Shown piece by piece: positions 1-8,355 of a DNA stretch of 64,000 nucleotides (the first letter of the stretch is position 1; each line of letters starts with the position of its first letter). The notes beneath the pieces are model-generated. The model had not been told where the DNA came from. It made no database searches and was given only the letters and a program-made list of their open reading frames with translations. This DNA comes from Pseudomonadota bacterium (GTDB taxonomy: Bacteria > Pseudomonadota > Gammaproteobacteria > UBA9214), in the NCBI GenBank assembly GCA_039714975.1, contig JBDLIH010000007.1:4199-68198 (forward strand), read 5' to 3'. Made by a program: the position numbers and the translations under genes.

Positions 1-382
1 CGTTTTTTACCGGAGCACGGGGGGGTTTATGTTTCATTCCTGACTCGAAACCACCGCCCTGTATAACAAAGTCAGGTATCACACGATGGAAAATGGTGTT
101 GTCGTAGAAACCATCGTCGACATAGGTCAGAAAATTTGCCACTGTTTTTGGTGCTTTTTCCGGATAGAGTTCCAGGGTAAAAGATCCCATGCTGGTCTCG
201 AAGACCACTTCTGTCCGTGACTCCTCAGACTGTGGATTTTCTGCATTGACGCCGGCAACATAGATTCCCAGCACAGTGAGTATGAATAAAATAAAGTATG
301 AGAGTTGTTTGATTTTCATGGATTATGATGGTTGTTTGATTATTTTATGGATAAGGAACAACAGATATATTCGTAGCCAGAT

Positions 383-1732
383 CTACCTGGCTGCCACCTT
401 AACAGACACCGTTTGCTTCTTGCCCGACTTGAAGGTCAGCGTCATATCGACCTCCTGCCCTGTACTCAGGTGTTCCTTCGGCCGCATCATCATCAAATGC
501 TTGCCCCCGGGCTCGAACTGGATTTGACCGTTCGCAGTAATCACCATGTCTGTCACTTCACGCATTTCCATAAAGCCATCGACCCTGGCCATTTCATGTA
601 CTTCGATAGTTTCATAAGCCTCGCTCTCCACCTTGACCAGTGTGATTTCTTCGGAGCCCGCGTTTACCAGCGTCATGTACCCGGCATTCACCGTCGCGTC
701 GGTATGCGCTTCACGAACCCATGCGTTCATGATTGCGACCACATCACCATCCAGTTTGGCCGGGCTGGTTGTGGACACTGCTTTCACGGGCGTCACAATA
801 CTATCCAGCGGTTCATCCCCCGCAATCCTTTGCGTTTCATCAGCCATGTAGTCGAGCAAGGACAATGCCTCTTCCTTGTTTAAGCGCATATTGGGCATGG
901 CCAGATTGTTGTACTGTTTGTAGAGTGCCATTGCGACAGGGTCTTTCTTCTTCAACATCTGGTCCGGCGCCTTCAGCCAGTCGAGTAGCCATTGCGGTTC
1001 ACGTTTGCGGGTAACACCCAGCAGGTCCGGCCCCAGCGCATCCGCCAGTTCATTACCGGTAATTGAATGGCATGAGGCACAGCGTGTACGAAATATTTGT
1101 TCACCCCGCGGAATACTGCGCAACTCGGGGGCATTCGCATAGTCATCACCACGCGGCGGCGCCTTCCAGCCTGACAGCCAGTTACCAACCTGATCAGCAA
1201 GCACATAGGGATTCTCGAAGGGCGAACGTTTCATCCACCGGCCGGTGGTCTGATTACCAATGATCATGTTGACATTGTGATTATTCGATCCTTCCTCCTG
1301 GATCTCCTCGATGTACAGGCCGAGCTTCCTGCGAATTTGAATAATGTCCGATTTTTTACCGGTCAAAAATGTCCAGTTGGCCTTGAATCTTTTGCGGTAC
1401 TCCTTGAAGACTTCCGGGGTGTCGTTTTCAGGATCGACTGAGATAGAGTAAAAGAAAACATCCTCGCCCACCCGGTCACCGAGGATATTTTGCACCCGGA
1501 CGAGTTGTGCCGTCTCCAGCGGACAGGTGTCCGGACAATGGGTATAGATGAAGTTGATCACGACGATCTTGTCCTTAATCAGATCATCAAAGAAATGCAC
1601 CGTTTTCCCTTCGTGGGTGACCAGCGGAACATTGGGGAAATAGTTCGCACCCCAGGGTGATGCTGAAGTGAAACCGGGGATACTACTCGTTATCAACAGG
1701 GCGAAGGCCGCCACCCAGGAATACCTATGCAT
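383..1732 (-). CDS. Three-domain copper-trafficking fusion: Sco1/SenC (thioredoxin fold) + class I cytochrome c + PCu(A)C (DUF461) copper chaperone; secreted
   Basis: N-terminal signal peptide. Sco motifs HCPDTCP (CxxxC) and DPENDTPEV. Heme c site CASCH. C-terminal PCuAC-type H/M copper motif (HEMARVDGFMEM..., GGKHLMMMRP). Confidence 0.75.
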   Translation of the reverse strand: MHRYSWVAAFALLITSSIPGFTSASPWGANYFPNVPLVTHEGKTVHFFDDLIKDKIVVINFIYTHCPDTCPLETAQLVRVQNILGDRVGEDVFFYSISVDPENDTPEVFKEYRKRFKANWTFLTGKKSDIIQIRRKLGLYIEEIQEEGSNNHNVNMIIGNQTTGRWMKRSPFENPYVLADQVGNWLSGWKAPPRGDDYANAPELRSIPRGEQIFRTRCASCHSITGNELADALGPDLLGVTRKREPQWLLDWLKAPDQMLKKKDPVAMALYKQYNNLAMPNMRLNKEEALSLLDYMADETQRIAGDEPLDSIVTPVKAVSTTSPAKLDGDVVAIMNAWVREAHTDATVNAGYMTLVNAGSEEITLVKVESEAYETIEVHEMARVDGFMEMREVTDMVITANGQIQFEPGGKHLMMMRPKEHLSTGQEVDMTLTFKSGKKQTVSVKVAAR

Positions 1733-1880
1733 AGTATTTATCTTACGAAAGTTGTTGCAATAAAAAAAGGGTTCGCGGTGAGCGTTATTCTGCTCACCGT
1801 GAACCCGGCTCTGTCAATCCAGCTGCTACAAAAACCAGGTAGCGGCTGGTACTACTCTGTTATTGACAGGACTCCCCTCC

Positions 1881-4800
1881 CTATTTACCCGCATTCCGTG
1901 CACGGTGGATAGCAGCATCCAGCGTGACCGGTGTCGGGCAGTTCACCACGTGTGGCGCGTTCGCGCTGGTGAAGTCGTAGTCATCGACTCGAACACCCGT
2001 GTTATCACCCTCTGCAACACGCGGCGGTGCCGGCCACTCAAGGATCTCCACCCTGCCGTCTTTACGCAGTTGCCTGAGCTCCTTCAACCCTTTAACTACC
2101 CGGTCGTGAGGCTCCAGCCAGTGTGCAAAGCCGATGTGCCACATCGGGCTGTAATCGTCTTCCGGCATGAAGTAGGACGGAAGACCGACCTGACTGCCGA
2201 ACGGACCACCGCCACCGTTGATACCACACCCTTCAGAGCCGCAGTTATACTCACCGCCATCTGCAGTCGCAGGTTGCGGCATTGGCGGGAAGGTTGGATC
2301 GACGTGACGTTTACCCGGCATCCACTGCACCAGCGGTACGGCCGTAGTACCGAGGAACTCATGCTTCGGCACATATGGCACACCCATGGCCCGTGCCGGA
2401 GGGAACGGGAAGGTGTCGACCACGATGTAGTATGGCAGGTAATCACCATGCTCACTAGCCCACGACTTGTGCAGCTTCAGCGTCACGTACGGAGGATTCG
2501 CATCGGTGTCCATTTCGACCACATGGCCGGAATTGTTGTAACGACCCCATGCAGTACCGTTGTAGGCACAGGTGGTGTTCGGCGGAGAATCAGGGAAGCT
2601 GTTACAGGTTCTGTCTGTCCTGTTCTGCTCCCAGTCTTCGTCACCCCATTTCATGAAGATTATGTTGAACACCACATCCTTGCCATCGATGTTCACACGA
2701 CGCAGCGGTGAGTAGGTGTTGGTGTCGCTGACATCAGGGATGTTAGCGTCGTTCAGACACGGTTCACCATTAACATCGGGATCACCTACGCGACAGGCCG
2801 GATTTGCCCAGACCGGGTTCGGCAGATCATCGTAGAAGGTCCACTCCAGCTTGTTGCCCTTGCGTTTCACACTGGCTTCAGCCGTAGCTGCCGGATTGAC
2901 ACCTGTCAGTCCACCGCCCCAGGCAATACCCAGCTCTTCCGAGAGTTCTTCATCACTGACATCGTGCATAATGAAGTAAACGTCTCTCTCATTGCCGTTG
3001 GCATCGACATGGGTGCCCTTCTCCAATTCGAAGGTTATCCCACCACGCTCGTTGTTGTCGTTCGGATCGAGCGCATCACCGATGGGTTCATCGCGGATGT
3101 TGTCGAAATGGCTGATCGTCACGCCATTCTTGATCCAGACTGACAGCGGATCCAGCTCAGGACCGAACTGACCGACATCGTCACCCTCCCTGAAGGTCGG
3201 CAGCGCAACAGAGTCGACATAGCCTACGCCATCCCAGGTCGGGAGTGGTGTCGGCATCAGCTTGACCTGTCCCGGATGCTCGATATCCCAACGCAGTAAC
3301 ATTGCGTGGTCTTCGTGCTGGGTGTTGTGGCAGTGCTCCATGTAGGTGCCTGCAAATTCCCTGAAGCGCAGTGCGATCTCAACCAGGTCGCCACTGTCGG
3401 GTTGCGGTCCCAGACGGTATACGTCCTTACGCGCCCACTGCTCATAATCAGGTGGCGCTACACCATTGCGGCGCAGGATAATACCTTCCTCGAAGTGAAT
3501 ATGAATCGGATGGCTCCAGGTGCCACTGTTGATCAGTCGCCAGACCTCCAGACCACCCGAGTTCTTGCTCGGCGCTGCTGATATACGGCGTGGATCCATG
3601 CCAAAGCCTTTACCACCATCGGTTTCGATCACCCAGGGTTTCTCGTCCGTGGGTTGTCTTTCAAATTCGAAAGAGCGATGCAGGGCGTTGGCCAGTTCCG
3701 CTTCGGTAGGCCTGTTCAGCGGAATCATCTTCTTGCCGCCGGCCACATACTCGGATGGATCCATACTGAGATCCTCGCCGTCGTATTCCGCCACGCGGAA
3801 TTCCAGGAACTTACCGACGACCGGGTCACCATTCACCCAGCAGTCACCGACAATGCCGTCTTCGTCACAGTCACCATGCTCAGCTGCGTAAACGCCACTG
3901 ACCACATCGGCCAACGGAATCGCTGCATCAGCTGTCACGCCATCCTTTTGCTGCATCAGGTTGACCATATAGAGCCTGTCGCCAGCATTAAACTGACTGA
4001 AATCTACAATGATGTCGTAACGTTCCGCGATACCCTGGGTGGGCAGCTCGCCGTTCTCGAAATAGACGCTGTGCTCCATGATGTTGCCGTCGTTGGCAAC
4101 CATGTAGAACGGTACCGGGGTACCTGTCTCGTCCACCAGTGCCAGCTTGAAGAAACGTGACACTGAACCGTTCAGGATACGGAAACGGTACTGGCGTGCA
4201 CGCACCTCCATGTAAGGCTTGTACAGCCAGTTGACGGTCATCACGTCACCAGCGAAGCCCATGAGATTGAAGGGGTTGAACCACAGCTGACCTTCATCGT
4301 CCCAGGCCTTTTCGGCAACCAGCAGGTTGACGTCGTAATCGCGGTTACCCCAGTCCAATTGTTCACCACTGGGGAAACGCAGGTTGACGCCATCATCGAT
4401 GGCTTCATTACCACGGTCAATTGCACTGTAGTAGTTCATCATGGCGGCATTGCCCTTGTAGACATTCTGCGCCGTGAAATCGAGCATATGATCATGGAAC
4501 CAGTGAGTACTCATGGTCTCACGCCAGTCACCCGGGACTTGATTGATGCCACCGGCACCATCCGGTGATCCAGCTCGAGGATCGCTGGCATCGGTGTTAA
4601 TGGTATCGCTGCCAGCCAGCGTCATCGGCCAGCGATAGTCATAGAACTGACCCGGGAAGAAGAAGCTGTTGGCATAGCCATCACTCTCGGCCGGGTTGTG
4701 TCCATTATGCTCGTGGGTAGAGATGGTGTGCACACCAAAGCCACGGTTCGCCGCCACATCGATGGGCAATGCATTGTAGTGACGGAACAGTACCGTCTCG

Positions 4801-5738
4801 CCATAACGGGCAGTGAGCAGTTTGGGCGGCAGGGTGCCGTCAAATGTCCACAGTGATTTGTGGTCCTGCACCGGCATGTCCGGATGGAACTTGATGGCGA
4901 TGCCTTCTGTCGTTCCCTCAAACCCGGGAGCGCCTACCGTGTTGTGGTAGAGCCCACCTAGACCAAATTCACCGTCATTGTAGTCGTGACCCTGCAACTG
5001 ATCACGTAAACCGCCGTTCACACGGGCGCCTGCCATCGCGCTCTGGAAATATTCTGTGGGAGTGAAATCGTCCCAGCGCTGATGCGACCAGCCCAGACCC
5101 GGCGGCCGACCTTCGGCAGGCGGATCATCCAGAGGTCTGCCGAGATAGTTTTCGATTTCCGCTGCCCAGGGATTCGTATCCTGGTCGTTGGCAAACACGG
5201 TTGGGACAGGCCAGATACTCTTGTCGAGAAAATCTTCAAGGGCCGCGCCATCCGGAGCACTCTGGGCACTCGCGGGTGCCGGTAACGACGTCCAGCCGTT
5301 TGGCTTTTTCGCGTCCAAGTCAAGTGCTTTGGTCCCGAACTCCTCGAAGCGCAAAATCTGCTGGGTAAATGCCTCGGCGCCAAACAATGGGCTGGGTGGT
5401 CCATTGCTCGGGACATTAAATACGGCCTCTTCTTCAGGCCGCTGATCTGCCGGCTGCAGCGTGTTAGACGCTTCCGCGTCTTCGGTATGGCCGGTTTCAC
5501 CGCCCTCAAAAGTACCCAGGTTCGCGTCTGGCAGGCCTTCGAGCGCACTACCATCACCATCGATCACCAGAGGAGTTAACGCTGAAGGATCTTGATTGTT
5601 GTCACCTCCGCCTCCTGGACCACCTTTGGCCGCTGCGCTGCTCGTGACGCCAAGGCACATGCTCAATAAGGCTGTCCCCAGGATTCCAGGAATGTGTGTA
5701 GTGTTACCAAAATACGGGAAATTTCTTTTTCTAGACAT
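1881..5738 (-). CDS. Giant multicopper oxidase, probable lipoprotein (~1285 aa; alternative start at 5762). CotA/bilirubin-oxidase-like core with long N- and C-terminal extensions
   Basis: All four MCO copper motifs are present in order: HTISTHEHNGH, THWFHDHM, HPIHIHFEEG, HCHNTQHEDHAM. Signal peptide with a lipobox-like LSMCLG. No Met-rich segment. About 300-aa low-complexity N-terminus and about 480-aa C-terminal extension. Confidence 0.8.
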   Translation of the reverse strand: MSRKRNFPYFGNTTHIPGILGTALLSMCLGVTSSAAAKGGPGGGGDNNQDPSALTPLVIDGDGSALEGLPDANLGTFEGGETGHTEDAEASNTLQPADQRPEEEAVFNVPSNGPPSPLFGAEAFTQQILRFEEFGTKALDLDAKKPNGWTSLPAPASAQSAPDGAALEDFLDKSIWPVPTVFANDQDTNPWAAEIENYLGRPLDDPPAEGRPPGLGWSHQRWDDFTPTEYFQSAMAGARVNGGLRDQLQGHDYNDGEFGLGGLYHNTVGAPGFEGTTEGIAIKFHPDMPVQDHKSLWTFDGTLPPKLLTARYGETVLFRHYNALPIDVAANRGFGVHTISTHEHNGHNPAESDGYANSFFFPGQFYDYRWPMTLAGSDTINTDASDPRAGSPDGAGGINQVPGDWRETMSTHWFHDHMLDFTAQNVYKGNAAMMNYYSAIDRGNEAIDDGVNLRFPSGEQLDWGNRDYDVNLLVAEKAWDDEGQLWFNPFNLMGFAGDVMTVNWLYKPYMEVRARQYRFRILNGSVSRFFKLALVDETGTPVPFYMVANDGNIMEHSVYFENGELPTQGIAERYDIIVDFSQFNAGDRLYMVNLMQQKDGVTADAAIPLADVVSGVYAAEHGDCDEDGIVGDCWVNGDPVVGKFLEFRVAEYDGEDLSMDPSEYVAGGKKMIPLNRPTEAELANALHRSFEFERQPTDEKPWVIETDGGKGFGMDPRRISAAPSKNSGGLEVWRLINSGTWSHPIHIHFEEGIILRRNGVAPPDYEQWARKDVYRLGPQPDSGDLVEIALRFREFAGTYMEHCHNTQHEDHAMLLRWDIEHPGQVKLMPTPLPTWDGVGYVDSVALPTFREGDDVGQFGPELDPLSVWIKNGVTISHFDNIRDEPIGDALDPNDNNERGGITFELEKGTHVDANGNERDVYFIMHDVSDEELSEELGIAWGGGLTGVNPAATAEASVKRKGNKLEWTFYDDLPNPVWANPACRVGDPDVNGEPCLNDANIPDVSDTNTYSPLRRVNIDGKDVVFNIIFMKWGDEDWEQNRTDRTCNSFPDSPPNTTCAYNGTAWGRYNNSGHVVEMDTDANPPYVTLKLHKSWASEHGDYLPYYIVVDTFPFPPARAMGVPYVPKHEFLGTTAVPLVQWMPGKRHVDPTFPPMPQPATADGGEYNCGSEGCGINGGGGPFGSQVGLPSYFMPEDDYSPMWHIGFAHWLEPHDRVVKGLKELRQLRKDGRVEILEWPAPPRVAEGDNTGVRVDDYDFTSANAPHVVNCPTPVTLDAAIHRARNAGK

Positions 5739-5873
5739 TGCGACCCCCCCAGGTTTTGACATGAATACACGCGCACCATTTTTTGAAGTTGCCTCATGGC
5801 CGCGATTGTTTGTTGGATTCGGGCGCTAATTTCTCACATGTAATAAATGTTGTATGTAACCCTGGATACGGGC

Positions 5874-5895
5874 TTGTGTAACCTGAATTACACAA
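5874..5895. promoter_or_regulatory. 22-bp palindrome TTGTGTAA-N6-TTACACAA in the divergent promoter between the oxidase and the Crp/Fnr regulator gene
   Basis: Perfect 8-bp inverted arms read directly from the sequence. Candidate Crp/Fnr-family operator. Confidence 0.4.
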
Positions 5896-6078
5896 CAAAT
5901 TTATCTCGAAAATATTTTTGTTTTTATGGAATAAACGAGTCTTCCCGGGCATCTATAAATATAAGTACGACTACCCGGGTGAATCACTTTCAGGACGGTT
6001 TATTGATGTAATTTTCACTTATATCGAAGCGGAGTTTATTTTTTGACGGTGAAAAATCAGGTTCCTGACCTACCAAAA

Positions 6079-6095
6079 ATAGGGATTTTCCCTAT
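6079..6095. promoter_or_regulatory. Palindrome ATAGGGATTTTCCCTAT (copy 1 of 3 of a recurring motif)
   Basis: 7-bp inverted arms. Near-identical copies at 17247-17263 and 19410-19426, all intergenic. Confidence 0.4.
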
Positions 6096-6308
6096 GCCCC
6101 CTTTCTTGATTCTTTCATTAAAATGGGGCGAGGCATTCCTCAGGGTTTACTACGTCAGAATTGGTCTTGCTTCACCAGTTTAAGACATGCTCCAGACTGG
6201 ACTGTTGTTCGCAACTGTAAAGAACACAAAATATAATGCCGGATGTAGCGGCCCAATAAACAACAAGTGATGTACTTGCGCATCTCCTGCAGACAGGACT
6301 GACAACCA

Positions 6309-6995
6309 GTGTTCAAAACCAGAACCATTGACTGGCGCCAACATTATCCACAGCTTGCGTCAATTGCAGATCCCGCCTGGATAGAGGCAATTAAGCATTT
6401 GGAGCCAATCACTGTGCCCGGCGGAACCCAGGCATATATAGCTGGTGATGAATGCCGAAACTTTCTGTTACTCCTAAAGGGCAATATTCGGGTTTATGCC
6501 TCCGGACGGGGTGGCCGTGAGATTGTCCTCTACCGTATACAGCCGGGCGAATTCTGTATTCTGTCACTCGTCTCATTCCTGCAGGGCAGCTCATTTCCTG
6601 CGAATGCGGTCACTGAAAACGAAGTGCAGGCCCTGGTCATGGACCGTAACGTCTTCATACGGGCCATGAAAAATTCACCGGCCTTGAATGACATCATGGT
6701 GATGGAACTGAGTAATCGATTTATTGAAGTCATTAACCGGGTTCAGGAGCTTGCGTTTGAACCGCTCGATATACGGATGGCCAATCTGTTATGCAGGCGG
6801 TTCCGTGAAGAACACGGGACAACGATTGAAATCACCCATAGCCAATTAGCCCAGGAACTGGGTACCACACGGGAAGTTGCAAGCCGAATGCTCAAGGACC
6901 TGGAACGCGGCAGTTACATCAGACTTTCGCGCGGTAAGGTCAGTTTGCACGACAATGAAGCAATCGGACGCATGTATCAGTTGGGAGAGCAGTAA
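6309..6995 (+). CDS. Crp/Fnr-family transcriptional regulator
   Basis: cNMP-binding-like N-terminal domain. C-terminal HTH ELAQELGTTREVASRMLKDLERGSYI. Confidence 0.8.
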   Translation: MFKTRTIDWRQHYPQLASIADPAWIEAIKHLEPITVPGGTQAYIAGDECRNFLLLLKGNIRVYASGRGGREIVLYRIQPGEFCILSLVSFLQGSSFPANAVTENEVQALVMDRNVFIRAMKNSPALNDIMVMELSNRFIEVINRVQELAFEPLDIRMANLLCRRFREEHGTTIEITHSQLAQELGTTREVASRMLKDLERGSYIRLSRGKVSLHDNEAIGRMYQLGEQ

Positions 6996-7035
6996 GCTGT
7001 AATTTACTGCTGTCAGTAACCGCAATACACTGTAC

Positions 7036-8355
7036 TCATTCCTCCGGTTTCCCCAGTACAACAATGTAACCCGCAACGGGCTGCCCCTTGTCCATTCGCA
7101 ACACGCTCTCCTCAAGGTACACTTCCTGCAAGCCAACGGCTTCTGCCAGTCTGATCAGATAGCCAATTGAGTGTGCATAGCGCCCGGTGGGCCTTAACAC
7201 AAAGTTGCCATCCCCCTCTTTCGCCTCGATGGAAAAGGCAAACAGCCCACCGGACCTCAACGCCGTGCCAATTGCCTCAAACACCTGATCCAGCCCGCCT
7301 ACATAAATAAAAACATCGGCAGCCAGGACAAGGTCATACGCATTGTCGTGTTTACGCAGTTCTTTTGTTATATCTGCCGTAACAAGCCTGTCATACAGCT
7401 TGCGTTGGCTTGCCCTGGCCAGCATTCCCGGCGAGAGATCCACACCCACCATGGTTCCGGCCATGCCACGAAACAGGGGGCCGCATAAACCGGTACCACA
7501 ACCGAGGTCCATCACATCCAGTTCCTGTTGTTCGGGACCGAGCAGCCGTGATACTGCCTTGTGGAGACTCCGGGGAACCTGATACCCGAGCTCCTCGACA
7601 AGGTGCTGGTTAAAATACGAAGCACACCCATCAAACAAACCGACTACATAGCCGGCCGGTGCGGATTTCGTAGTATGTCCTTCCAGTGCAGCCAGCATGT
7701 GTCGTGCACTGGTATTTTTGTTATCCAGTTGCAAGGTAAGTTCAAACAGGGCCCTGGCTTCATCCCTCCCTCCCTGCTCCATCAGCATGGTTGCCAGACT
7801 GTTACAGGCATCCGGAAAATTCGGCTCAAGGGTCAGCGCACGTTTCATTGCTGCAATGGCCTCATCCTGGCGCCCCTGCGTATGCAACAGGTCACCATAG
7901 TTGTAATGTGCCAGCGCGAAATCCGGGGCAATACTGATAGCCTGCCGGAATGCATCAAGCGCGGCATCCGGCTCCCCGGCAGCACGCAAGGCATTGCCCA
8001 GATTGTTATACGCCAGCGCGAAACCGGGGTTGATCCCGACAGCCTTCCGGAAGGCATTAATTGCCTCTTCGAAATTACCGCCAGCCTGCAGGGCGGAACC
8101 AATATTGGTGAACAGTTCAGCACTTGCCGGGCCCCGCTCGACAGCGACGGTTAAAAGCCTGATGGCTGTTTCACTATCCCCTGACTGGTGTTCAAGCAAA
8201 CCCAGCATATGGAGGGTGTCTGCATGCTGCGGTCTTGCCTTGAGAATCTTTTTGTATATCTGCCTTGCTTTCTGTAGTCTGCCGGCCCGGTGCTGTTGCA
8301 CCGCAAAGTCGAGTTTTTCCTGGATTGCGCTTCGTTTCATCCGGACTACGTTCAC
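7036..8355 (-). CDS. TPR-repeat protein fused to a class I SAM-dependent methyltransferase
   Basis: N-terminal TPR repeats (AxxYxxLGxxxxxxGxxxEA pattern, at least 5 copies). C-terminal VMDLGCGTGL SAM-binding motif. Confidence 0.7.
   Translation of the reverse strand: MNVVRMKRSAIQEKLDFAVQQHRAGRLQKARQIYKKILKARPQHADTLHMLGLLEHQSGDSETAIRLLTVAVERGPASAELFTNIGSALQAGGNFEEAINAFRKAVGINPGFALAYNNLGNALRAAGEPDAALDAFRQAISIAPDFALAHYNYGDLLHTQGRQDEAIAAMKRALTLEPNFPDACNSLATMLMEQGGRDEARALFELTLQLDNKNTSARHMLAALEGHTTKSAPAGYVVGLFDGCASYFNQHLVEELGYQVPRSLHKAVSRLLGPEQQELDVMDLGCGTGLCGPLFRGMAGTMVGVDLSPGMLARASQRKLYDRLVTADITKELRKHDNAYDLVLAADVFIYVGGLDQVFEAIGTALRSGGLFAFSIEAKEGDGNFVLRPTGRYAHSIGYLIRLAEAVGLQEVYLEESVLRMDKGQPVAGYIVVLGKPEE

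Noticed and set aside
1863-2711. 282-aa ORF, plus several 60-180-aa ORFs, inside and antisense to the multicopper oxidase gene
   Set aside because: Fully embedded in a long ORF with strong catalytic motifs. Compositionally biased (Arg/Cys-rich), typical of spurious frames in GC-rich coding DNA.
5738-5762. Possible Tat signal (SRKRNF) on the multicopper oxidase
   Set aside because: No twin-arginine pair. Resembles, but does not match, the S/T-R-R-x-F-L-K consensus, so it is left as an unverified note rather than a feature.
1881-5762. Interpretation of the large multicopper oxidase as a CueO/PcoA-type copper-resistance enzyme
   Set aside because: No Met-rich insert, no cop/cus genes nearby, and its far larger size and partnering with a Sco/PCuAC/cytochrome fusion point elsewhere. 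It cannot be fully excluded without phylogeny.
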